From Candidatus Iainarchaeum sp. (GTDB taxonomy: Archaea > Iainarchaeota > Iainarchaeia > Iainarchaeales > Iainarchaeaceae), in assembly GCA_043812975.1 (NCBI GenBank), contig JBDRLP010000027.1, positions 32,001 through 96,000 of the forward strand: a stretch of 64,000 nt of DNA, in the 5' to 3' direction. Positions 30,605-38,537 of the stretch are shown one piece after another; within the stretch, counting starts at the first letter, position 1; every line of letters begins with the position of its first letter. The position numbers were made by a program, and so were the translations under genes. The notes below the pieces were generated by a model. The model was not told where the DNA came from, made no database searches, and saw only the letters and a program-made list of their open reading frames with translations.

Positions 30605-30793
30605 TCACTCTTTTTTCTCACTTATTTCATTAATTGTAATATGGTGTCTATTAAGCTTGTGTTTTGAGCCTATTAGGGAGAATGCTTTTTCTTTTGCAAA
30701 GCTTTCATTTACTGCGTTTATTTCTTTTGAAAACTTTTTTTCTTCCTGTTTTTCCTTAAAAATTCCGTTTACAACAAATGTTTTTTCAGTCAT
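30605..30793 (-). CDS. rpl18a: Ribosomal protein L18Ae/LX
   Basis: FSKEI.A.....A.EK.FSLIGSKH; synteny. Confidence 0.88.
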   Translation of the reverse strand: MTEKTFVVNGIFKEKQEEKKFSKEINAVNESFAKEKAFSLIGSKHKLNRHHITINEISEKKE

Positions 30794-30794
30794 C

Positions 30795-31457
30795 TCATTC
30801 CCCTCTCAATCCTTCATCAATTTTTGATAATTCTATTCCTGATGTAAGCTCTCCAACAATAACTCCTTTTGAGTTGGCCAATACACTGTTTCCGACAAAC
30901 AAGTCTCCGTAATTAGCGGTTGTTGCTGCCCCTTTGACTCCAAAAATTTTTTCAAGTTCTTTGAAATCTTTTTCGTTAATATTTGGGTGGGCAATAAACC
31001 CTTTATTTGTTACTGTTACACAAGCCCCTATAACATCGCTGTCCGCAATGTTCATAACTCTGAATTTAACCCCGAAAAAGCCTTCTAATTCATTTACTGC
31101 TTTTTCAGTGAGTAATGTGCTTGCAATTCCGCCATTGTTATTCAATGCCAACAGATTTCCTGTGGCAGTGTAACCGCCAACTTGTAATATTTCAAACCCT
31201 TCTTTTTCAAGAGTTTTAATCTCATTTTTTTCAACGATGCTTGAAACAGCTAATTTATTATCAATGCCTGTTGCAAGAACTCCTAATAGTGAAGTTCCTC
31301 CAAGGTTTGCCTTGACTGATTTTACCTCTAATTTTGTTTCTATTTTTTTGAGTTCTTTCGGTAAAACAGAATTTGGAACTAAAACAAATTCATCAGTTGC
31401 TATTCCAAAGACTCCCACATAAGGGCTGCTTCTCAGATTGCCCCGTTCAAAATTCAA
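30795..31457 (-). CDS. eif6: Translation initiation factor aIF-6
   Basis: PYVGVF, GNL, TNKG, ANSKG; synteny. Confidence 0.9.
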   Translation of the reverse strand: MNFERGNLRSSPYVGVFGIATDEFVLVPNSVLPKELKKIETKLEVKSVKANLGGTSLLGVLATGIDNKLAVSSIVEKNEIKTLEKEGFEILQVGGYTATGNLLALNNNGGIASTLLTEKAVNELEGFFGVKFRVMNIADSDVIGACVTVTNKGFIAHPNINEKDFKELEKIFGVKGAATTANYGDLFVGNSVLANSKGVIVGELTSGIELSKIDEGLRGE

Positions 31458-31466
31458 ATCAAAAAC

Positions 31467-31907
31467 CTACTTTCTTTTCATTTCAACGGCCTTGGCCGCT
31501 GTTTCTTTAGCCTTTTTTTCCTCAAGCTTTTCTTTCTTTCCCTGATCCTCTTCTTTAGTTTCTTTCTTTTCTTCCTTTTTGGATTCTTTTTTCTTTTTAT
31601 CTTCATCTTTTTTCTTCTTATTTTTTGCTTTTTCCTCGAGATAAACTTTCAATTGTTTTCCTTCCTGCAAGAAAACAGTAACCTTATCATTCTCTTTAAG
31701 TAAAACAACATTAACTCTTCTTGGAATGTTCTTTGAGTTCTTGTGTAGTTCCTCATTAATCTCATTGCTGATGTTTGTTTCTTTAGCTCTTGTGTGCTTT
31801 TTTACAAACCTAGTTATTACGTTCAAAGCTTTCCGTATTCTTTTTTTAGGCGGAAACATGAATGCGTTTCTTAATCCAATTGTGTATTCTGCTTGTTCGC
31901 CTTTCAT
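31467..31907 (-). CDS. rpl31e: Ribosomal protein L31e with Lys/Glu-rich extension
   Basis: YTIGLR...KKR..KA...I..FV.KH; synteny. Confidence 0.85.
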   Translation of the reverse strand: MKGEQAEYTIGLRNAFMFPPKKRIRKALNVITRFVKKHTRAKETNISNEINEELHKNSKNIPRRVNVVLLKENDKVTVFLQEGKQLKVYLEEKAKNKKKKDEDKKKKESKKEEKKETKEEDQGKKEKLEEKKAKETAAKAVEMKRK

Positions 31908-32194
31908 TATCTTCGCCCACCGTCTTTTTTACCAGTTCTTCTTTTCTTTAAAGTAGTAATTGCTTTTTTACCGCTTTTTATTTTTTTAATATTTTTAACT
32001 TTCCCTTGTTCCATTTGTTTCTTTTTGAATAAAGTTCCTAAATCAGTTTGTCTCCAGTGTCTGTTTCCTCTTTTATTGTAAATTCTTTTTCCTGCTTTCT
32101 GCAGTATCCATACAGGCGCATTGGTTAAACCTGAACCGATTTCTTTTCTTGCCGAAATCAAAAATTCTTTTTCTTCTTCAGTTTTTCTTCCCAT
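31907..32194 (-). CDS. rpl39e: Ribosomal protein L39e with basic extension
   Basis: APVWI..K...RHWRQTDL; synteny. Confidence 0.8.
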   Translation of the reverse strand: MGRKTEEEKEFLISARKEIGSGLTNAPVWILQKAGKRIYNKRGNRHWRQTDLGTLFKKKQMEQGKVKNIKKIKSGKKAITTLKKRRTGKKDGGRR

Positions 32195-32199
32195 AAAAA

Positions 32200-32514
32200 T
32201 CACTTTCTTGTAATGTTAATGTCCCTTCGAGTGTTCAATTGTCTTAAAATTTCCTTCAATTGTTCTTCGTTTAATTTTCCCTGCACCATTCCTTTTTGCA
32301 TCAAACCCATGATTGCTTGAAATGCTCTGGTGTAAAGTTCCTTGTTAACAAGCCTTACATTGCTCAGCCTTTGTTTTGCCTCCTCTGTTAAGAGGCTTTT
32401 CAAGACGCTTTGCATTTTGGCTTCCATTTCCAAGGATTGTTTTTCTTCCTCCTGTTGTTCTAAATATTTTTGTTTTAATTCTTCAAGCTTTTTTTCCTTC
32501 AGGTCTTGGCTCAT
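32200..32514 (-). CDS. PDCD5/TFAR19-like dsDNA-binding protein
   Basis: LLTEEAKQRLSNVRLV, LKEILRQL; start reassigned to MSQDL. Confidence 0.88.
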   Translation of the reverse strand: MSQDLKEKKLEELKQKYLEQQEEEKQSLEMEAKMQSVLKSLLTEEAKQRLSNVRLVNKELYTRAFQAIMGLMQKGMVQGKLNEEQLKEILRQLNTRRDINITRK

Positions 32515-33112
32515 GCTTTTCCCCTTTAGGTTGTTCTTTTTTTTCTTTTGGAGCTTCTTTAGCTTCCTGTTTTTTTTCTTTCTGCAATTCTGCATTTTCT
32601 TTCTGCACTTGAGCTTTCTTTTCATCTAATCTTTTTTTCATATTTGCTTCTATCCGATTCATTCTTTCCTGTTTTGCCATTAATTTTTTCTTATTGATTT
32701 CATCAACCACTTTCTGAACATCTTTTGATTTTGCGTAAAGCAGTTTTTCTCCTAGGCCTGTTACTATTCTTCCTTTCTTATCTTTCTTAAGCAAACCTTG
32801 TTTTTCAAGCTGCTGTAAACATACTCTGATAACTTTTCCTGATGCTTTTCTTTTTGCTTCAGGTTTAACTCCTCTGTTTTTTCTTCCGCCGTAATAGGTT
32901 CTAAGGCTTCCTGTTCCTGTTGAACCGTGTTTATAAATCTGGTAGAGAATGCTTGCGTTTCTCACATAAAACCAATCAGGATTGTTTGGAGTTCTTTCTT
33001 TATGCGCCCCTGTTTTTATATAAGAGAATAGCTCTGGCTGTTGAATTTTGCCTTTTAGTTCTTTGGCAACTTCTTCTATAAGCATTCCTGCCGGCACGTC
33101 AAATATACCCAT
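32483..33112 (-). CDS. rps19e: Ribosomal protein S19e with C-terminal extension
   Basis: KTGAHKER.P..PDWFYVRNAS, YGGRKNRG. Confidence 0.92.
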   Translation of the reverse strand: MGIFDVPAGMLIEEVAKELKGKIQQPELFSYIKTGAHKERTPNNPDWFYVRNASILYQIYKHGSTGTGSLRTYYGGRKNRGVKPEAKRKASGKVIRVCLQQLEKQGLLKKDKKGRIVTGLGEKLLYAKSKDVQKVVDEINKKKLMAKQERMNRIEANMKKRLDEKKAQVQKENAELQKEKKQEAKEAPKEKKEQPKGEKHEPRPEGKKA

Positions 33113-33299
33113 CAGCGGACACCTCCGCTGGAGAGGTGTGCTGCCTTCGGCACCACGTACTCACTTACGTTCGTTTTTGTCATAATCTTCACCTTTTTCC
33201 CTTTTCAGGGTTGTTTTGTTTCAATCCGCTTTTGCGGATAAACTTCTAAAATCAGAAGTAACAATAATTCGCCTTGAAAACCTTTAAAAAGCTTGGTTT

Positions 33300-33926
33300 T
33301 TATTCCACTACTGTCATTTTTACATTATCGAATATTGTCGAATCGGGCCCCCCATAGAATGTTGGAAATAACCAAACTCTTATGCAATTTGCTCCTGCCG
33401 GAACAAGGTAAGTGAACTCTTTATTTTGCCACGTATTATTGGTTGTGACTTCTCCAGCAGTCCCGGAGTTTCCTGCTCCGCAGCTTCTAACCATAACTAA
33501 TGCTTCTGTTGGCCCTCCTACAGTTCCTTGTTTATATGAAAAGTTTACTTTTACTGTTTTTCCATATAGTTCATTCAAATCATAATCAGTCAAAATAATC
33601 GCCCCGCCTGACGATATAGGAATAATTTCAACTGCATAGTTTCCGTATGGAGTATTAGTGCTCTGTACTGCCGTTACACCAGAGAGTAGGTCCCAGTAAT
33701 CCGGGTAAGTTGTAAGCGTCCAAGTTTCGAAGCTTGAGTTTTTAAGAAAATTTGTTGAAACTCCTGCGGCTTCTCGTATTTTGTCGAATGCTGTTGTTGC
33801 TGATGTTGTGACTTGTGTTTCTCCTGTTCCTGCTATGCTTAGTATTAGTGTGATTACGATTACGGCTACGAGTACTGCTCCGCCTATGAGTAGTAGGTAT
33901 TCTAGTGCTCCTTGTGCTTTTTGCAT
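33300..33926 (-). CDS. Class III signal peptide (pilin-like) protein, CBM-like C-domain, copy 1
   Basis: KA|QGALEYLLL; NSSFE..W and IFDNVKM. Confidence 0.85.
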   Translation of the reverse strand: MQKAQGALEYLLLIGGAVLVAVIVITLILSIAGTGETQVTTSATTAFDKIREAAGVSTNFLKNSSFETWTLTTYPDYWDLLSGVTAVQSTNTPYGNYAVEIIPISSGGAIILTDYDLNELYGKTVKVNFSYKQGTVGGPTEALVMVRSCGAGNSGTAGEVTTNNTWQNKEFTYLVPAGANCIRVWLFPTFYGGPDSTIFDNVKMTVVE

Positions 33927-33971
33927 TTGATTTAGAATTGGTTTTTGAATTATTTATTGGTTTGGGTTTTG

Positions 33972-34595
33972 TTATGTTTTAACTAATTTTATATCATCAA
34001 AATAAACAGTTCCGTTTGGAATTGTTGAACCTAAATTGTCCCACTTGATTTCCACAGTAATGGTTGCTCCTGCTGCTGTGCAGGTTACAGGCCCAGAACC
34101 ATCAGTCCATACATTTGGAAAGCTGCTGGTCATCCAGTCCAGAGATCTGTAACCCTCAGTACAGGAATTACTAAAAGCAATGCGTGCACTTCCGCCTATA
34201 ATATTTGGTTTGGTCCATCCTGATAAAGCATATGTATCTCCGGCTGTGACATTAAGTGTTTGGGATGCATAACCATAAGAAGAACCCGAACCATCATGAG
34301 TCATTTTCAAAGAACTGTTTCCAGTTCTGCGGTCATCTGTTGAAGAGGAAACACTTATTCCTCCTCCTGTAAGCCAACTACTCAATCCGCTTTCAAAGCT
34401 TCCGTTAGCCAAGAGATTATTGCTACCGCCGCCTGCGGCTTCTCGTATTTTGTCGAATGCTGTTGTTGCTGTTGTTGTTACTTGTGTTTCTCCTGTTCCT
34501 GCTATGCTTAGTATTAGTGTGATTACGATTACGGCTACGAGTACTGCTCCGCCGATTAAGAGTAGGTATTCTAGTGCTCCTTGTGCTTTTTGCAT
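33972..34595 (-). CDS. Class III signal peptide (pilin-like) protein, CBM_4_9-like C-domain, copy 2
   Basis: Same N-terminus; NLLANGSFESGLSSW, VYFDDIKL. Confidence 0.85.
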   Translation of the reverse strand: MQKAQGALEYLLLIGGAVLVAVIVITLILSIAGTGETQVTTTATTAFDKIREAAGGGSNNLLANGSFESGLSSWLTGGGISVSSSTDDRRTGNSSLKMTHDGSGSSYGYASQTLNVTAGDTYALSGWTKPNIIGGSARIAFSNSCTEGYRSLDWMTSSFPNVWTDGSGPVTCTAAGATITVEIKWDNLGSTIPNGTVYFDDIKLVKT

Positions 34596-34635
34596 TTACT
34601 TAGAATTGGTTTTTGGATTATTTATTGGTTTGGAT

Positions 34636-35349
34636 TTAGGTCTCTGTTACTTTCACATTATCATAATCAATTGTTTGAGCACCGTAACTTAATAGTCCGA
34701 TTCCGCCTGTAGCATGTCCTGTAAAATTATCTTCTCCTGCATAAACCCCGTTTACATATAATTTTACGTTTTGTCCTATTACTACCAGTTTTATGCGGTA
34801 AGTTGTTCCGTTAACCCAAGCCGCTCCGGTTATTGGGTCAGTAAGATCCACAATTTGACCAGTACTCCAATCGTAGAGCCTCCAATAATTCCAGGCATAA
34901 TACCTGTACAACAACATCGAGTTTGTGCTTCCTGAAGTATTAGAATTTCTGTAAACTGCGCCCATATAACTTGTTCCTGAAACTGGGGTAAAATCAAATT
35001 CAAAAGTATGATCGCCATACGATCCTGTGAGATCCTGTGCAAATTTCCAACCGTCTGCTGTTGCAGCATGCCTGAACTTTCCTCCTGTAACACTCCAGAT
35101 TATATTTGACCCAGTAGTGGTCCAAACAGGATTAGATGTGTAATCCCCATCACTGAAATTATCAAAAAAACTTGCCGTTCCTCCCCCTGCGGCTTCTCGT
35201 ATTTTGTCGAATGCTGTTGTTGCTGATGTTGTGACTTGTGTTTCTCCTGTTCCTGCTATGCTTAGGATTAGTGTGATTACGATTACTGCTACGAGTACTG
35301 CTCCGCCTATGAGTAGTAGGTATTCTAGTGCTCCTTGTGCTTTTTGCAT
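34636..35349 (-). CDS. Class III signal peptide (pilin-like) protein, ConA/DUF1080-like C-domain, copy 3
   Basis: Same N-terminus; FFDNFSDG, LYVNG, GGIGL, YDNVKV. Confidence 0.83.
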   Translation of the reverse strand: MQKAQGALEYLLLIGGAVLVAVIVITLILSIAGTGETQVTTSATTAFDKIREAAGGGTASFFDNFSDGDYTSNPVWTTTGSNIIWSVTGGKFRHAATADGWKFAQDLTGSYGDHTFEFDFTPVSGTSYMGAVYRNSNTSGSTNSMLLYRYYAWNYWRLYDWSTGQIVDLTDPITGAAWVNGTTYRIKLVVIGQNVKLYVNGVYAGEDNFTGHATGGIGLLSYGAQTIDYDNVKVTET

Positions 35350-35390
35350 TTACTTAGAATTGGTTTTTGGATTATTTATTCTTTTGGGTT

Positions 35391-35681
35391 TTATAAGTTT
35401 TTAATTTTCCTTTCAAATCCGCATTCTTTGCATTTTATTATTTTCATTGTTCCTGTTTTTTTTGTTTCAGAATTAGTTTTATTCAAAAAAGAATTGCATT
35501 TTTTGCAGTATTTTGTTTTTAGTTCGTTTGGAAATCTTACTCGGGTTTTTTTCCCAATTTCGATTGCAAGGCAAATATATCTTTTGCTTCGTTTCGGGTG
35601 CTTTTTCAGTTCTTTTTCAGCTAGTTCAAACAACCTGTAAATTCGTTCCAATCCGATTTGCTGCATTTTTGTGTGTTTCAT
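35391..35681 (-). CDS. rnp4: RNase P protein component 4 (Rpp21)
   Basis: ERIYRLFELA, YCKKC...CKECG. Confidence 0.9.
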   Translation of the reverse strand: MKHTKMQQIGLERIYRLFELAEKELKKHPKRSKRYICLAIEIGKKTRVRFPNELKTKYCKKCNSFLNKTNSETKKTGTMKIIKCKECGFERKIKNL

Positions 35682-35730
35682 ATTATTCAGCTTTATTTGA
35701 GAAATAGAATACTTTGGGTTTCAACAGTTA

Positions 35731-36429
35731 TTATTTTTTTTGGTTTTTGTACAATTCTTCAGAATCTTTGATAAGTTTCTTGAATAAAGTGTAGGTTTTT
35801 TCTGCATCTTTTTCATTGACAAGAAAATGCATATCAGGAGGGCTTGTTAATACTTCTATGCTTATTCCTTTTTTTGCAAGCCTGTTTGACATTTCAGCCA
35901 AAATCCCGTAAACAGAAAAAGATTCAAAAGGCATTCTAAAACTCACGAGTGCATTATCTTCTATTGAATAAGTTACATGTTCTTTTAATTCTGCCAAAAT
36001 TTCCTGTATTCTTTTTTTCTTTGTTATAACCATTATCTGGTCTGCTCCCTGAATTAACACTCTCATTTCACCCATTTTCCAGTCTTCGCTTGAAAATAGT
36101 TTTTCTATTCTGTTAATTACTTCAGGGTGCTTTTTGAACTGCACATAACACATATTGTCCTGCAGCATTACTTCAGAATTTGCAAAAGTTTCAAGGTAAG
36201 TAGCATCGGCTTCAACAGGTTTCATTTCATCAGCATATCTTTTGATTGCAACTATTACTGATTCTTCATGAAGCTCTTTTTCTAATTTGGTTTCAAGCTC
36301 GGGAATAATTTTTCTTGCTAAAGCAGAATAATTAATCACTCCTTCGCCTAACGAGTTTTTTATGTGAGGTTGCGATTCAATTTCTCTCCGTACAGCTTCA
36401 GATAAAGAATGGCTGTTATGATTAGGCAT
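35731..36429 (-). CDS. ACT-domain-containing protein
   Basis: INYSALAR N-terminus; C-terminal GILAE...LAKKGISI ACT motif. Confidence 0.7.
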   Translation of the reverse strand: MPNHNSHSLSEAVRREIESQPHIKNSLGEGVINYSALARKIIPELETKLEKELHEESVIVAIKRYADEMKPVEADATYLETFANSEVMLQDNMCYVQFKKHPEVINRIEKLFSSEDWKMGEMRVLIQGADQIMVITKKKRIQEILAELKEHVTYSIEDNALVSFRMPFESFSVYGILAEMSNRLAKKGISIEVLTSPPDMHFLVNEKDAEKTYTLFKKLIKDSEELYKNQKK

Positions 36430-36675
36430 AAATAAATATTTTAGAACAAAACATATAAAAATATTACATTATTTTTAAATTTTGTTAAATTCTGGCCATT
36501 TTTGGCCAAAAGTGTTAAATTTCATGGTTTTATGTTTTATTTTTGATTATTTTTAATTTTTGTTCCTGTTTTTTGGAAAAAACGCCTTAAAATGCCTTAA
36601 ATCTGGTAATACTGCCATTTTCTGGTCGCCAGCTTTATTAATAAAGAAGGGGGCAATGTGATTGGTGTTTTGTTT

Positions 36676-36795
36676 ATGATTGGAAAAATAATAAGACAAA
36701 ATAGAAGAAGTTTCAATCGCGAAGAGGGAGAATTAAGAATCCAAATTGATGGCGAACCTTTTCCTGCTAGGGTAAGATTTCCTAAACGGAGGTGA
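36676..36795 (+). CDS. Possible 39-aa Arg-rich peptide
   Basis: MIGKIIRQNRRSFNREEGELRIQIDGEPFPARVRFPKRR*, GGTG upstream. Confidence 0.3.
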   Translation: MIGKIIRQNRRSFNREEGELRIQIDGEPFPARVRFPKRR

Positions 36796-36968
36796 CTGAG
36801 GATAGGGGGGATGGGATTAATTTAGTTTAAAACAAAAAAATTCTAAAAAAGGGGGGTGTTTATGATGAAAACCGGGGCTTCGGCCCCGCTCATAAACCAA
36901 AAATCTGATTCTTATCTGATTCTTAATTCAAGTTTAAAAATTCAGGTTTTAAAGGTCAAGGTTAAGTA

Positions 36969-37041
36969 TGCAGCCACGGGGATTCGAACCCCGGCCAAGA
37001 GCTTGGAAGGCTCTGATGCTAAACCACTACACCATGGCTGC
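36969..37041 (-). tRNA. tRNA-Gly(TCC)
   Basis: Cloverleaf GCAGCCA.../AGAGC-CTTCCAA-GCTCT/GGTTCGAATCC. Confidence 0.95.
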
Positions 37042-37218
37042 TTTGATAAATTCTTTGTGAGTTGGCACTTTTCCAGTTTTTTTAAAAATCTGGTATTTTA
37101 AGGTGTGCTTAATATTGCTTGGTTTAATTATCTTAAAAAAGGTATCCAATTGTCCTTGATCGTAAATATAAACGGTGTGAACCGTTATCGATTAAAATAA
37201 ACTGCTTCTTTATTTATC

Positions 37219-37851
37219 ATGGAAAAAGGTTTTTGGATTGTGTGGGACGGCATTGACGGTTCAGGAAAAGGCACGGTAATTCTTGAAATTAAAAAATTCC
37301 TTATAAAAAAAGGAATTCCAGAAAACCAAATTTTGGTTACAGCTGAACCCACTAAGGGTTTTTATGGTAAAAAAGTAAGAGAGCTCCTTAATACTCATGT
37401 TAATCCTGATGTTAATGCTCAGCAATTTTTGGATCTTTATGTTGCTGACAGAGAAGAACATCTTGGAAAAGAAATAATGCCTGCTCTGAAAGAAGGAAAA
37501 ATAATTCTCTGTGACCGTTACAAGTACAGTACTTTTGTTTATCAATTACTCCAAGGCATAGAGTTAGAAAAAATAATCGAATTTCACAAGGAAATGCTGG
37601 TTCCTGATTTAATTTTAATTTTAGACCTTCCGGTTGATGTTGCTTTACAAAGAATCGACTCTGATTCAAAAAGATCAGAAAAAGAAGTTTTTGAAAAAAA
37701 AGAATTTCTTGAAAAAGTCCGTCAGGGGTTCCTTTCATTAAAAGAAATTTTTCCTGAAGAAAACATTCGTATAGTTGATTCATCCAAAAACATCGGGGAA
37801 GTAACAAAGGAAACAGCTGATATTTTATGGAACAAGATAAAGGATTTATAG
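37219..37851 (+). CDS. tmk: Thymidylate kinase
   Basis: DGIDGSGK, AEP, CDRY..S..YQ. Confidence 0.93.
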   Translation: MEKGFWIVWDGIDGSGKGTVILEIKKFLIKKGIPENQILVTAEPTKGFYGKKVRELLNTHVNPDVNAQQFLDLYVADREEHLGKEIMPALKEGKIILCDRYKYSTFVYQLLQGIELEKIIEFHKEMLVPDLILILDLPVDVALQRIDSDSKRSEKEVFEKKEFLEKVRQGFLSLKEIFPEENIRIVDSSKNIGEVTKETADILWNKIKDL

Positions 37852-38381
37852 AAAGACACAAGATTGCTATTTTCGGAAGCGGAGCATTACTCGTAATAGG
37901 ATTAATTTTTCTGATAATTGTAATTATTGCAGCACTTGTTTTTTTGATTGGATTTTCAGAGCCCCAGTCTGTGCCTCCCATTATAGGAACTTCAAATCCA
38001 AGTGTAGGAATTCCAAATTCAAATACGGGGACTCCAGATTCTTTACCTATTGCAAACACGCCTAATGATTCCAATGTTCCAAATTCTGTTATTCCAAGCA
38101 ATGATTCTTTATGGGCCGCGATAGAACTTTCGTTTGTTGAAAAAAGCTGTTTAGTTCAAGCAAAAATCCAGGCCGATGATCTTGACTGGGCAGTTAATAG
38201 TTGTTCATGTTCAGAAACAAAAACAGATTCTGAAAAGAATTATTCTTGTGCTGTTTCAGCTCTTGACAGAAAGCACGATTTGCAAGTGAACTGTATTAAA
38301 AAGAATAACAACTGCACGATTATTTCCGAGCAGGGAAATTCCGTTTTCACTTTTGAACAATTGTATTCTTTAGTGCAATAG
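37827..38381 (+). CDS. Membrane-anchored Cys-containing surface protein
   Basis: N-terminal TM, P/S/N linker, six-Cys C-domain. Confidence 0.65.
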   Translation: MEQDKGFIERHKIAIFGSGALLVIGLIFLIIVIIAALVFLIGFSEPQSVPPIIGTSNPSVGIPNSNTGTPDSLPIANTPNDSNVPNSVIPSNDSLWAAIELSFVEKSCLVQAKIQADDLDWAVNSCSCSETKTDSEKNYSCAVSALDRKHDLQVNCIKKNNNCTIISEQGNSVFTFEQLYSLVQ

Positions 38382-38391
38382 AAAAAGTAAA

Positions 38392-38497
38392 TGCGGGCGC
38401 CGAGAATCGAACTCGGGCCACAACCTTATTGCAAATAATCTTACTTAGTTTCGATTCTTTTTGGCAAGGTTGCGTACTACCGCTATACTACGCCCGC
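38392..38497 (-). tRNA. tRNA-Gly(GCC) with 35-nt intron at 37/38 (38427-38461)
   Basis: CAACC-TTGCCA|intron|A-GGTTG; bulge-helix-bulge with TTGC/GCAA central helix. Confidence 0.92.
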
Positions 38498-38537
38498 TTT
38501 ATCTAATAAACTTTCATTGGAAAAGGCTTTTAAATTC

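Noticed and set aside
33300..35390. Diversity-generating retroelement
   Set aside because: No reverse transcriptase in the window; differences between copies are not adenine-specific and lie in the N-terminal constant region.
36856..37101. 81-aa ORF
   Set aside because: Antisense read-through of tRNA-Gly.
37412..38101. 229-aa minus ORF and other antisense ORFs (e.g. 7875-8441, 17466-17867)
   Set aside because: Shadows of well-supported genes on the opposite strand.
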